IMG/VR virus record: IMGVR_UViG_3300031087_000014
DNA from: a virus
DNA: 64,000 nucleotides
Strand: one strand, 5' to 3'
Below the pieces are notes generated by a model. The model ran no database searches. It was not told the origin of the DNA and saw only the letters and a program-made list of their open reading frames with translations. This document shows positions 1-9,819 of the stretch, one piece after another. Each line of letters opens with the position of its first letter. The stretch's first letter is position 1. The position numbers were made by a program, and so were the translations under genes.

Positions 1-365
1 TTGGTGATTATATGGAGCAAGGTTATGAGGGCGTAATCGTCCGTAACTTTGATGGTGTCTACTTATTCAACCAACGATCATCGGATCTGATTAAGTGGAA
101 GATTTTTCAGACGATTGAAGCATTTGTTTTTGGATTTGAGATTGACAAGAACGACGAAGTTCTGTTACACTGCCGTCTTCAATCTGGAGTTGAGTTCAAA
201 GTGAAAATGAAAGGCACCCACGCCTACCGAGCAAACTGTATGTATCTGGTAGGTAGTTTCATCACAATTAGCTTCCAAGCTTATACTGATGACGGAGCAC
301 CTAGCTTTGCAACTGGACTCACTGAACGTGATGTTAACCCTGACACTTGGGAGGTATTAGAATAA
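1..365 (+). CDS. ATP-dependent DNA ligase, C-terminal part (gene begins upstream of window)
   Basis: GYEGVIVRN (motif IV) and RSSDLIKWK (motif V) followed by an OB-fold-like tail. Confidence 0.85.
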   Translation, partial: GDYMEQGYEGVIVRNFDGVYLFNQRSSDLIKWKIFQTIEAFVFGFEIDKNDEVLLHCRLQSGVEFKVKMKGTHAYRANCMYLVGSFITISFQAYTDDGAPSFATGLTERDVNPDTWEVLE

Positions 366-547
366 TGTTTACTACCGCACTTATCGTGCTGTCTATTATG
401 TGGTTGGTAATGTTTGTCTACTACATTATCAATACAACGAATGAAACTACCACAGCAGCAATCGTAGGTATTGGTGTGGCATATTTTGCCGGATGTGGTG
501 TAGCGGATTTCATCTTAAAAGCAGCAACCTGGATTGCCCAACTATAA
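365..547 (+). CDS. small membrane protein
   Basis: Two hydrophobic segments; ATG at 365 overlaps the ligase stop. Confidence 0.6.
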   Translation: MFTTALIVLSIMWLVMFVYYIINTTNETTTAAIVGIGVAYFAGCGVADFILKAATWIAQL

Positions 548-584
548 TTAGAGGGCTTCGGCCCTCAGTAAGGAGAGATTTTTA

Positions 585-1322
585 ATGGCTAAGAAGTTTT
601 ACAAAGAACAACGCAATCACTCAACATTCTTCCAGAACGCAGCAGAACGTGTAGTAAGCTGGAACGCGATTGCAATGAACGAATCCCCGAGCAACTACGA
701 AAAGTTTGCTGAGAAGTTCACCCACGAGAAGTTTGTTCATCAGATTTCTCTGGTAGAAGAAGAACTCAAAGAGTACCGTGATGCATTCCAAGCACAGGAT
801 CAGGTAGAGATGTTGGATGCAGCCGCAGATATCTTTGTTGTATCAGGATTCCTGACTTATATGTTCTTCGGCCCCGCTATTCTTAATGAGTTTATGAAAT
901 ACGGTGTAGCAGATCATCTGGCAAGCGATCCCTACGAAACACTGTGTCGTTCTCGGGAAGTACTTGACAGTTCAGATCAGACAGCATTCCTGATGGCGGC
1001 AATCTTCCGCTCTTCTCGTGACTCGCTGGTAAAAACTGTTCACGATGGTAAAGGAGCTATTCTGGAAGTGTTACGTAGTAACGACAGTAAGTTTCCTACT
1101 GAGCAACAGCTTCGTGATAGCCACCAGCTTCTTACCGAAGATATCTCAGAGGTTCTTGAGGCAGAATTAGCTTGGATTAAAGAAAACCGTACCGAATATT
1201 CTGACTTCTCTGTTGTTTACAACGAAGAGTTTGAGGTGTATACTTTCCTCGATGGTAATGGTAAGTATATGAAACCATCTACTTTCAGTCCGGCAAACCT
1301 CAAGCCGTTTATGGTGGAGTAA
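585..1322 (+). CDS. MazG-like (all-alpha) NTP pyrophosphohydrolase
   Basis: EEELKEY...EMLDAAADIFVV acidic motif; C-terminal SNDSK and GKYMKP typical of phage NTP-PPases. Confidence 0.7.
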   Translation: MAKKFYKEQRNHSTFFQNAAERVVSWNAIAMNESPSNYEKFAEKFTHEKFVHQISLVEEELKEYRDAFQAQDQVEMLDAAADIFVVSGFLTYMFFGPAILNEFMKYGVADHLASDPYETLCRSREVLDSSDQTAFLMAAIFRSSRDSLVKTVHDGKGAILEVLRSNDSKFPTEQQLRDSHQLLTEDISEVLEAELAWIKENRTEYSDFSVVYNEEFEVYTFLDGNGKYMKPSTFSPANLKPFMVE

Positions 1323-1606
1323 TGAGTTACAGTGCTCAAGCAATGCAATACCAGTTGATGCAAATCATTAAGCAGTTGAAGGCTGCTGGTATTGATGATA
1401 TAACTACGGAAGATGTTTCTTTGAAGCACTCTGTGAGAGGTAAGCTGGTAGTAAGATTCAACACGGAAGAGCAATGGCTCGATAATCCTGAGAACAAAGC
1501 CAGCGCTGCACAAAAAGTAATGAAGCAAGCATATAAAGGTTGCAAGCTTCCTGACTGTGTAGTAGAGTACGAAAAGGTTAAATACCTCGTTAAAGTAATC
1601 AAATAA
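1322..1606 (+). CDS. hypothetical protein
   Basis: Stop/start overlap with the upstream gene. Confidence 0.6.
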   Translation: MSYSAQAMQYQLMQIIKQLKAAGIDDITTEDVSLKHSVRGKLVVRFNTEEQWLDNPENKASAAQKVMKQAYKGCKLPDCVVEYEKVKYLVKVIK

Positions 1607-1649
1607 TTATAGGGCTGGCAACAGCCCTTCATTAACAAAGGAGAATATT

Positions 1650-2528
1650 ATGTCATTCGCAAAAACTTTCAAATCTGTTGTTACTCTGGAACTGACCGAA
1701 GCTGTTGACCTGAACGCAATCAACAATATCACGGATCGTCCGTTTGAGTATGTACCTGCTGGTGAATGGGAAGCAGAGAGCATCGGTCTGATTCATATCG
1801 ACGGTGAGTTTGTGAAAGAGTTCGCTGGTCTGCAAGTGATTAACATCGGCTCCAGTGTTAAGAAAGTTAACAAGAAAAAAGTGAAGCGTCTGGTTAAAGA
1901 ACGTGTAGCTGAGATGCAAGCGCAGTATGCTGAAAACAACCCAGGCGAAACCCTGAAAGTTAGCAAGGAAGATAAGGATATTATCGCAGAAGAAATCGCA
2001 TTTTCTCTGCTGCCAGAGACAGAGGTTGACGAGTTTGAAAACCTGCTGATCGTGGATAAAGAAAACCAGCAAGTATTCGTTGTCAACACCAGCAAGAAAG
2101 CTAGCGAAAAGCTGACTGACTTTGTGCGTGACCTGATTGAAAGCTTCCCTGTGGAAGGTATTGTGAAAGACGAGTCAATGGTAGTGAAAGGTTTCTCTGA
2201 ACTGCTTACTGGCGATATCACTACCCGTTTGGCGCTGGGCAACTACATCAAACTGGCTGACGCTGACGGTGTTGTTGTCTGGACTAAAGAAAGTCTGTAT
2301 CAGTCAGAAGCATCTGAACTGCTGGAGACAGGTAAGCTGGTTCAAGCGATTGGTCTGGATTATGATGCGGTTGTAACTTTCGTGGTGGATACTGAGTTTA
2401 CTCTGAAATCCCTCAAGTTCGATAAGAGCTTTGAGGCAGATGGTACTTTTGAAGCGAACGTACTTGCAATCGTAAATGAACTTCGTGGCATCATCAAAGA
2501 TCTAAAAGAAGAAACTTTTAGCGAATAA
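1650..2528 (+). CDS. rdgC: RdgC-like recombination-associated DNA-binding protein
   Basis: 292 aa; KKVKRLVKERVAEM...KEDKDIIAEEIAFSLLP resembles the conserved RdgC segment; strong SD. Confidence 0.7.
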   Translation: MSFAKTFKSVVTLELTEAVDLNAINNITDRPFEYVPAGEWEAESIGLIHIDGEFVKEFAGLQVINIGSSVKKVNKKKVKRLVKERVAEMQAQYAENNPGETLKVSKEDKDIIAEEIAFSLLPETEVDEFENLLIVDKENQQVFVVNTSKKASEKLTDFVRDLIESFPVEGIVKDESMVVKGFSELLTGDITTRLALGNYIKLADADGVVVWTKESLYQSEASELLETGKLVQAIGLDYDAVVTFVVDTEFTLKSLKFDKSFEADGTFEANVLAIVNELRGIIKDLKEETFSE

Positions 2529-2531
2529 GTA

Positions 2532-2561
2532 TTGACACGCTCAGTCTAGTTATGTTAAGAT
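2532..2561 (+). promoter_or_regulatory. sigma70-type promoter
   Basis: TTGACA-N18-TAAGAT with TGn extended -10. Confidence 0.6.
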
Positions 2562-2602
2562 GCCCTTCTAGTAACGAAGGGCTTTTTATTAGGAGACTCA
2601 CA

Positions 2603-2800
2603 ATGAAACGAATCATCCTCGCAATCGCATTAATGACTTCATTCTGTGCCGCAGCGCAACAGACTACATTAATCCTTGAAGCAGAGTACATCAGCGGTAA
2701 CGCCAAATATTGTGTATATTCTAATGCTAGCCATACAGAGACTGTTGAGGTCAGCGAGAATTCACAATGTCGGCATACGGAGACTTTCGATGCCGATTAA
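2603..2800 (+). CDS. small exported protein
   Basis: AGGAG SD; MKRIILAIALMTSFCAAA signal peptide. Confidence 0.65.
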   Translation: MKRIILAIALMTSFCAAAQQTTLILEAEYISGNAKYCVYSNASHTETVEVSENSQCRHTETFDAD

Positions 2801-2884
2801 CATCACTAGGAGGATGTTATTAGCGGCTTTATCAAAATCAAACTGGAAGACCTGCCAAAATATGTAGACGAGAATACGGAAGTT

Positions 2885-3946
2885 GTGATTGACTACGATC
2901 AAATCGCTTTCCAAGGAGCGTCAGCGCTAGAAAAGAGAGCGATTGAGGCGTTACACATTGCCTCGGGCAGAAAGAAACAGTTTAAGCATAAAACAGAATT
3001 CTGGGGTGCGGGAAAGGCTATCGGAGGATGGTTAGCAAATCAGAACACGGAAAGAGAAGAGAAAGGACTTAAGACGTTTACAAAGGAAGATTTTGAAATC
3101 CTTAATCTACAGATCCCAGCAGCGGATATCTCCCACACTTTCCAAGCAGCAAAATCAAAACTCGAAGGGATTGTTAAGCACCTCAAGCTTACAAAGTATT
3201 CCGGCGTTATCGGTGTAGGTAAAACCTTCCGGCATCGCTTAGAACTCCCCAAAGAATACAAATCCTCTCGTGCAGAAACAAAACCTGTCCAGTTAGCAGA
3301 AACCAAAGATTTCCTTGTAGAGCATCATTACGGCGATGTTGTTGTTGAGATCGAAGCCGATGATGCTATGGAGATCCGAGCATTTGAAGGCTACAACGAT
3401 TATCTGAGAACAGGTAAAACATCGTGTATCATCGCATCGATGGATAAAGACAGCCTCCACACTCCAGGCTTCTTACTGAACTTCTACCGTGAACCAGGCG
3501 CCACCTCTTACAAGGAGCCAGAAGTTATCTTTATTGATGACTCAATCGGTGATATCTGGGTTAACGAAAAGACCAACTCGAAAGGGAAGGTAACAAAAGA
3601 AGTTAAGGGCTGGGGAAGTTATTGGCTGGCGTATCAGATGCTTATGGGTGACGATACAGATACAGTAAGACCTTACCAAGACTTTGATATCAAGTTTGGG
3701 GATTTAACGTGCTACGCTTTAATCAAAGACAGCACTTCTCAATATGACTTGTTCAGCAAAGTTAAAGCACAATTCCATACTTGGTTCCCAGACGGTGTTA
3801 AGTTCACCTCGTGGACAGGTAGAGAGATTGAAATGTCAACGGACGAGTGGATTGAAACTATCTTCCAACTGGTCTATATGAAACGTGTACACAACGATAC
3901 TACCACCTTTGAAGATATGCTTCAAGGGTATCAGGAGATAAAATGA
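2885..3946 (+). CDS. 5'-3' exonuclease (FEN/T7 gp6-like); true start may be ATT at 2819
   Basis: IDYD, EADD, DKD and GDDTD acidic motifs of the FEN family. Confidence 0.8.
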   Translation: MIDYDQIAFQGASALEKRAIEALHIASGRKKQFKHKTEFWGAGKAIGGWLANQNTEREEKGLKTFTKEDFEILNLQIPAADISHTFQAAKSKLEGIVKHLKLTKYSGVIGVGKTFRHRLELPKEYKSSRAETKPVQLAETKDFLVEHHYGDVVVEIEADDAMEIRAFEGYNDYLRTGKTSCIIASMDKDSLHTPGFLLNFYREPGATSYKEPEVIFIDDSIGDIWVNEKTNSKGKVTKEVKGWGSYWLAYQMLMGDDTDTVRPYQDFDIKFGDLTCYALIKDSTSQYDLFSKVKAQFHTWFPDGVKFTSWTGREIEMSTDEWIETIFQLVYMKRVHNDTTTFEDMLQGYQEIK

Positions 3947-4902
3947 GCAAGTTAACAGAAACGCAGAAGACAGATATCCTTAGTTATAAAGCACAGGGAT
4001 TCAGTTCTCGCGCTATTGCCTCTTTAGTGTTAGGTAGCAGTTCTCGCAAGAGTACTGTTAATGATTTCCTAGCTCGTGAAGTTGGAGCAACACTGACAGT
4101 AATTAAGAAAGACGGCCCCGTTATCAAAATTATTGATGTGGAAACAGCCCCAGAAATCGCGTATAGTTTCCGTCGATTCAAAGCTTTCATCTCTCCTGAG
4201 CAGGTGATTAAGCGTGGCTATTTGCTGTCCTACTCTATCGCAGACCTGCATACAGGTGAAGTAGAAGGTAAGAGTTTAGCAGATTATGACCTGTTTGATA
4301 TTGACCACACAGACGACTATGATATGTGCCAAGACCTCTGGCGTATTATGGATGAAGCAGATGTTCTGATTGCTCACAACGGCGTCAAGTTTGACCGTGC
4401 GTACATCAACCAACGGTTTGCTTATCACGGTATGGTTCCACCAAGCCCGTATGTTGTAGTCGATACACTGAAAGCCGCTAAGAAGCAGTTTGCACTGCCT
4501 TCAAATGCGCTTAAAGAGATGTGTATCTATTTTGAGACAGAGAACTTCAAACTGGATAACGAAGGATTCCCGCTTTGGAAGGCTTGTTGTGAAGGTGATC
4601 GTGATGCATTCAATCGTATGCAAACATACAATGATGGGGATGTTCTGAGCCTTCGTGATCTATATCTGAAACTTCTGGCGTGGATTCCTCAGCACCCGAA
4701 CGTCTCAGCATACTACAGTGATGACGCTTGTCGTTGTTCACGTTGTGGTAGCACGGATGTTGCTGTTGTTCCAGGTAAGTTCCACCAGACCGCAGTTAGC
4801 ACCTTCGAAGTTATTCGTTGTGCTCAGTGTGACAGCCTTTCTCGTGGACGTGTCAACCTCCGCAGTAAAGAGAAACGTGGCAATACCATCATCGGTATTT
4901 AA
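3943..4902 (+). CDS. DEDDy 3'-5' exonuclease (RNase H-like) with N-terminal HTH and C-terminal Zn ribbon
   Basis: DVET, HNGVKFD and YNDGDV motifs; CSRC...CAQC. Confidence 0.8.
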   Translation: MSKLTETQKTDILSYKAQGFSSRAIASLVLGSSSRKSTVNDFLAREVGATLTVIKKDGPVIKIIDVETAPEIAYSFRRFKAFISPEQVIKRGYLLSYSIADLHTGEVEGKSLADYDLFDIDHTDDYDMCQDLWRIMDEADVLIAHNGVKFDRAYINQRFAYHGMVPPSPYVVVDTLKAAKKQFALPSNALKEMCIYFETENFKLDNEGFPLWKACCEGDRDAFNRMQTYNDGDVLSLRDLYLKLLAWIPQHPNVSAYYSDDACRCSRCGSTDVAVVPGKFHQTAVSTFEVIRCAQCDSLSRGRVNLRSKEKRGNTIIGI

Positions 4903-4908
4903 TATCAA

Positions 4909-4931
4909 AGAGGGCTTCGGCCCTCTCTTTT
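4909..4931 (+). terminator. intrinsic terminator
   Basis: AGAGGGC-TTCG-GCCCTCT followed by CTTTT. Confidence 0.75.
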
Positions 4932-4944
4932 AGAGGAGATAGTT

Positions 4945-5334
4945 ATGTCAGCAATCAATTCCCAAATCGACGGAAGTCACTACACAGAAATGTACCTTCA
5001 ACCACTGGAACTAACCTATATGATAGGTGCTACTCCGGCCTTCTGCAAGCTTGCCAAATACGGCTCACGTAACAAAGGCGATAAGCTTATCAACTTAAAC
5101 AAAGCCCTCCATTGCATCAAGTATGAGCAAGAAATGCAAAGCCGTTATGCTAATATTATGGCAGAGGCATATCCCTTCGGATTCGATTTAAGCAAGTCAG
5201 AGTTGGCATCAAAGCTAATCGAAATCTTCACTCCAAATCCAGAACTACGTTCTGCACTCAAAGCAATGTATAACGGTGAATACGAAAGAGCAATCCGCTA
5301 TATTGAGGTAATGATCGAAAGTGAAACAGAATAA
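4945..5334 (+). CDS. DUF3310-like phage protein
   Basis: Q.DGSHY...QPLE...KY..R.K...LNKA pattern. Confidence 0.65.
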   Translation: MSAINSQIDGSHYTEMYLQPLELTYMIGATPAFCKLAKYGSRNKGDKLINLNKALHCIKYEQEMQSRYANIMAEAYPFGFDLSKSELASKLIEIFTPNPELRSALKAMYNGEYERAIRYIEVMIESETE

Positions 5335-5518
5335 CCCTCAAGATTATAAAGAGGGTGATCGTGTGAAGATTTATAGAAAGGGCGCTAATGGCGTCCTTTT
5401 GTGCGATATAACCCTAAAGGAATCATTCTGCAAGAGAGCCTTCGACAGAATGTTGTTTTTCAAATACGATATACCGCCTGGTGATTACAGGGCAGTTAAG
5501 GTAGTGAGCAATGGCTAA
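5321..5518 (+). CDS. hypothetical protein
   Basis: ORF with GAGG SD, tightly packed between neighbours. Confidence 0.55.
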   Translation: MKQNNPQDYKEGDRVKIYRKGANGVLLCDITLKESFCKRAFDRMLFFKYDIPPGDYRAVKVVSNG

Positions 5519-6137
5519 AGCTGTTAGAAAGAAAGTTACAAGGAAGAAAGCAGTAAAGAAACCTCTGCTTATGGACGTTATTGAAGACCTCACCGGAGAA
5601 CCTAAGAAAGTATGGGGAGAAGGAACGCCCTGGAGAACAAAATCAGAATTCTATGTCTGGTTGCGTGGGCTTCTGCGTAGAGGTTGGAGCAAGCATCCGT
5701 TAAGGATCTCCAAGATCACAGCAAACAGGTTTAAAGCCGATAAGCACTTTAAAAACGGTAAAGTGATGCAGGTGTGGCACTGTAAGTGTGAAATGTGTGG
5801 AATCACTGGCCCTCAGAAAGAGTTTGAGGTAGACCACATCACAGCGGCTGGATCTTTGCGTGGCTATGATGATATACTCGGATTCATTACAAGACTTCTC
5901 TACATCTCAGATGAAGATTTAAGAATTGTGTGCAAGAAGTGCAACAGCATCTTGGCATACTCAGACAAACAAGGAGTTACTTTTGAAGAAGCGAAAGCTA
6001 TCAAAGAGGCGATCAGTTTGGTGGGCAGTAAGCAAGACAGACAGTGGCTTGAGTCCAGAGGAGTATCGGCAGAATCAACCATCGCAAAAAGAAGAGAACA
6101 AATCATAAATATTTTGTTGACAGAGAAGAACACTTAG
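5511..6137 (+). CDS. HNH-family endonuclease
   Basis: CEMC...EVDHI...LRIVCKKCN. Confidence 0.7.
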   Translation: MAKAVRKKVTRKKAVKKPLLMDVIEDLTGEPKKVWGEGTPWRTKSEFYVWLRGLLRRGWSKHPLRISKITANRFKADKHFKNGKVMQVWHCKCEMCGITGPQKEFEVDHITAAGSLRGYDDILGFITRLLYISDEDLRIVCKKCNSILAYSDKQGVTFEEAKAIKEAISLVGSKQDRQWLESRGVSAESTIAKRREQIINILLTEKNT

Positions 6138-6210
6138 CGTAGTATTCATCTCAACAAAACGAGACAGCTACTGAAATGGTTTGGTAGCTGAACAACAAAG
6201 GAGATATTTA

Positions 6211-6741
6211 ATGAAAAAGCTTAAAAACGTAAAATCAGTTCGCAACGAAAACGGCTCAGTGTTTATGGTCAATGATAATGATCAAGTATTCAAGGGGGCC
6301 GGATTCACCAGCCTATACGGTAGCATCGGTATGGAAGACGGTTCAAAGATCCTGTCTGCTGTATCTCAAGCAAAACCTACAGGTGATAGCGAAGTTGTCT
6401 TTGGCAAATCTAAGCGTGGATTTATGACCCTGGGTAGCATCTTGGGTAATGGTCGCTTCCGTGACCGTGGTATCTCTGAAACTCTGCTGTTGAAGCTGTT
6501 CACTAACAACCGTTTTATCAAGCGCGTCCGTATGGCTTATAAGATGACTCCGCTGAAAGAAGAAAGTCTCCAGCAGGTGTATGAGCCAATCGTGGATACT
6601 CAGTCTCTGACCAGTGAACTGACTCAAGTCAAAAAATGTCTGAAAATGGATGAAAACGGCTTGACAGGAACTGTCGAATACGATAATATTCGTGTCGTTG
6701 TCTCAGCGACAGAAGCTAAGCGTCTGAGCAACTTTATTTAA
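6211..6741 (+). CDS. hypothetical protein
   Basis: AAGGAG SD before ATG 6211; upstream promoter TTGACA-N17-TAGTAT lies inside the HNH gene. Confidence 0.65.
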   Translation: MKKLKNVKSVRNENGSVFMVNDNDQVFKGAGFTSLYGSIGMEDGSKILSAVSQAKPTGDSEVVFGKSKRGFMTLGSILGNGRFRDRGISETLLLKLFTNNRFIKRVRMAYKMTPLKEESLQQVYEPIVDTQSLTSELTQVKKCLKMDENGLTGTVEYDNIRVVVSATEAKRLSNFI

Positions 6742-6748
6742 TATTACC

Positions 6749-6770
6749 GCCCTCTTCGGAGGGCACTTTT
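6749..6770 (+). terminator. hairpin / probable terminator
   Basis: GCCCTC-TTCG-GAGGGC then ACTTTT. Confidence 0.6.
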
Positions 6771-6789
6771 AGAGTAAACATAAGGAGAA

Positions 6790-7803
6790 GTGACAATGCT
6801 GAATAAAACAAACGTAGAACACATCTATACCATCAAAGTTAAAGACTTTCTGAACAAAACTAAAACTCCAACTATTCAGCGTGATCACAAGGCTCGTGTA
6901 GAGTCAGGTAAAGTAAACTACTTCCAAGATATGCTGCCAAACCACTTGGTAGTTAACCTTGCGCTGTATATTGGTAAGGACTTCACCACTGACAACGGTC
7001 ACACAATCCAGCGTGGCGATTATCTGGTTGTTGATGGAAACACCCGAAAGTTCTTCTGGCAAGTTATGATGGAAAGCAAAGATCCAAAATGGCTGGCCTT
7101 TAATGAATCACAAATCGTTTGTGGTTATCGGGAGTTCTCTGAGATTGAAGATCTGAATAAGTGGTATGCTACATTCGACTCGAAAGAGCAGATTAAGGTT
7201 GCTAAGCATAAAATGGAATCAGCAGCGAGTCTGATCGGTATCGACTCAGAACGTGTAGCTAAGCTTAGCAGCGCACTGAACAAGTGTTCTTCTAAGGTTG
7301 CTGATGTTTGCCGCAAGTATGACGTTACCGAAGAAGAAGCTAAGGCACGTCAGATTGAAGCTTTTGGCACTCATTACATCAATGAGTTTTACGATAACTT
7401 TGAAAAACTGTGGAGTCCTAAACAGAAATCAAGCATTGGGCCTTTCCTGGTTGCTTACCGTTATCTGCTCAGCAGTGGTCAGCCTCGCTCAGTTGTAAAC
7501 AGCCTGTTCACCGAAATGTTTACTGGTCACTTTGACCGTGCAATGAATGAAGAAGGAGACAAATGCGTAGCGCTAGAACTGCGTGATATGTTCCTGACAG
7601 ATGGTATCTACAGTTACTTAAACCCTAAAGGCGCTGGCGACCGTATTGAAATCATCTCCGCAGTGGTGTATAAACTTATCCAGACCAGTATTGAATCTGG
7701 TAAGTATTTTGTAAGCCGCAAACGCAAGCCTTTTGCTCAGAGTCAAGAGGGTGCTAAGCGAGCAATCCAAATCTTCAACGAAGAGTTGAGGATCACAGTA
7801 TAA
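6790..7803 (+). CDS. ParB/Srx-like (DGxxR) domain protein
   Basis: IQRDH...YLVVDGNTR in the N-terminal third. Confidence 0.5.
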   Translation: MTMLNKTNVEHIYTIKVKDFLNKTKTPTIQRDHKARVESGKVNYFQDMLPNHLVVNLALYIGKDFTTDNGHTIQRGDYLVVDGNTRKFFWQVMMESKDPKWLAFNESQIVCGYREFSEIEDLNKWYATFDSKEQIKVAKHKMESAASLIGIDSERVAKLSSALNKCSSKVADVCRKYDVTEEEAKARQIEAFGTHYINEFYDNFEKLWSPKQKSSIGPFLVAYRYLLSSGQPRSVVNSLFTEMFTGHFDRAMNEEGDKCVALELRDMFLTDGIYSYLNPKGAGDRIEIISAVVYKLIQTSIESGKYFVSRKRKPFAQSQEGAKRAIQIFNEELRITV

Positions 7804-7813
7804 CGGAGGAAGT

Positions 7814-8668
7814 TTGATTAACGACTTAAAACCCCTATTCAAATGGGCTGGTTGTAAACGTAAGATGTTCGTAAAGTATGCCCCTCTCTTTGAGGGGCTT
7901 TCTTTTGACACTTTCGTAGATTTATGTGGTGGTACAGGGATTACCTCTGTGTGGATTCACAAGAACTTTCCTGATGCGAAAATCATCTTGAATGAGTATA
8001 ATGTGGATCTCTATTACATCTACCAGCAAATTAAAGAGAATTACGAAGACTTCATTGACAACGTAAATCATTTAGAGGCTAAGTATATGGCCTTACCTAC
8101 CAAAGAAGAAAGAAAGGCTTTCTACCTAGAGTATCGAGAGTATTACCACGAGAACTACAACACTCTATGCGTTGAAGACAAGACCTTCATTCTGTATTTC
8201 CTAATGTCCACCAACTTCAACGGTATTTGGCAAGCTAAAGCTGCAACTGGAATCTACTACACTCCTTTCGGAAACGGTGGAGAGAAGAATGGAATCTATA
8301 ACAGAAAAGCTATGCAAGATTTCCGTGATATGATAAAAGATGCTACCATTGTTTGTGGTAGTTATGAGCACGTAGCAATTCCAGAAAACTCATTAGTGTT
8401 TGCAGATCCACCCTACGTGAATAGCCACACTCAGTACGACCGCAGATCTTCATTCGAAGATATTATGCAGTTGCAAATGGCAGAACATCTAAAGAACCTT
8501 CCGGCTAGCTGTCAGTTTGCATTCTGTAACAAGGATCACGAAATGTTCTATGATGCTTTTAAAGGCTACACCTTCGAGTACTTTGACGTTAAGTACACTG
8601 CGTCCAGTAAAGACACAGAAGGAGCTAAAGCCAAGGAAGTATTGATTCATAACTTAAGAGGTGAATAA
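7814..8668 (+). CDS. Dam-family DNA adenine methyltransferase
   Basis: KWAGCK, motif I DLCGGTG, FNG, catalytic DPPY; TTG start after GGAGG. Confidence 0.85.
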   Translation: MINDLKPLFKWAGCKRKMFVKYAPLFEGLSFDTFVDLCGGTGITSVWIHKNFPDAKIILNEYNVDLYYIYQQIKENYEDFIDNVNHLEAKYMALPTKEERKAFYLEYREYYHENYNTLCVEDKTFILYFLMSTNFNGIWQAKAATGIYYTPFGNGGEKNGIYNRKAMQDFRDMIKDATIVCGSYEHVAIPENSLVFADPPYVNSHTQYDRRSSFEDIMQLQMAEHLKNLPASCQFAFCNKDHEMFYDAFKGYTFEYFDVKYTASSKDTEGAKAKEVLIHNLRGE

Positions 8669-8670
8669 CT

Positions 8671-9222
8671 TTGGCAAAGTTGTATTTCAGACACAGCGTA
8701 ATGAACGCTGGTAAAAGTCTGCATCTACTTCAAACCCAAAACAACTACAGAGAGAGGAAGAAGGAAACTCTTCTTCTCACTGCTGCACTTGATACCCGCA
8801 ACGGCGAAGGTAAGATTACCTCTCGTCTGGGTGTTTCTGGTGATGCAATGGGTGTGTCAGATGTTGACGATATCAAAGTAGTAGCGTATGCTATTGAGCC
8901 TGCAAATATAGAAGCGATATTTGTAGACGAATGCCAATTCTTATCCGAAGAAGTCATTGACGCACTGGCTGGATTGGTAGATACTTACGACATTCCTCTT
9001 TTCTGTTACGGACTAAAGACAGATTTCAGAGGAAAGCTTTTTGAGGGAAGCAAAAGACTGCTAGAAATTGCAGATTCGATAACAGAACTGAAAAGCATTT
9101 GTATGTGTGGAAGAAAGGCACTATTCAATAGAAGAATGGTTGACTCTCCTGACCAAGTAGTGTTAGGTGGAGAGGATATTTACGAAACGCAATGCAGAAA
9201 ATGTTTTATGGAAGGAAAGTGA
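8671..9222 (+). CDS. tdk: thymidine kinase
   Basis: MNAGKS P-loop, DECQF, YGLKTDF, Zn-site CMCG...CRKC. Confidence 0.95.
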   Translation: MAKLYFRHSVMNAGKSLHLLQTQNNYRERKKETLLLTAALDTRNGEGKITSRLGVSGDAMGVSDVDDIKVVAYAIEPANIEAIFVDECQFLSEEVIDALAGLVDTYDIPLFCYGLKTDFRGKLFEGSKRLLEIADSITELKSICMCGRKALFNRRMVDSPDQVVLGGEDIYETQCRKCFMEGK

Positions 9223-9223
9223 A

Positions 9224-9811
9224 ATGAGAATTATGTGTGATTGGGATCTATGCGTAGCTCCTACAGACGTAGGCTGGTGGGAATGGTTGTGTAAGATTGA
9301 CGGCAGAAAAGACCCTATGCCAGTGAGAGGTAAAACCACCCACTACAACCTTGGAGAATACTTCGCTTGGTTTAAGCATCAACACGGTATTGATCCTCAG
9401 TCTTATTGGGATAACTTACACCTGTATGATACAATGGGTACTGTAGAAGGTGCAGGTAGAGTACTAAACCGTTGGGGTAGGTTTGGAAACAACCTGTCTG
9501 TAGGCAGTGTTACTCGTGGAGGACACATTAGTAGCAAGTTTAGACACGTTAAGCGCGTGGCAAGTGATTTCAGTTTTGAGCCTGGTAGTGGTAATGGTTT
9601 CTTTGCAACAAAAGAGAAATATTTACTTCCTTGTGATATCGCAATTGACGACCGAGCCGAAAACCTGTTACACTTTCCAGATAGTGTCGAAAAGATTTAC
9701 TTCAACACGGTATATGATGATTCAGCGCTAATGCGTTTAGTCAACAAACCAAATGTACACATCACCACGATTGAAACACCGTGGCAAGATATTGAATCAA
9801 TTTTATTTTAG
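9224..9811 (+). CDS. HAD-family 5'(3')-deoxyribonucleotidase
   Basis: N-terminal DWD motif I and IDDRAEN motif IV. Confidence 0.7.
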   Translation: MRIMCDWDLCVAPTDVGWWEWLCKIDGRKDPMPVRGKTTHYNLGEYFAWFKHQHGIDPQSYWDNLHLYDTMGTVEGAGRVLNRWGRFGNNLSVGSVTRGGHISSKFRHVKRVASDFSFEPGSGNGFFATKEKYLLPCDIAIDDRAENLLHFPDSVEKIYFNTVYDDSALMRLVNKPNVHITTIETPWQDIESILF

Positions 9812-9819
9812 GAGAAACA

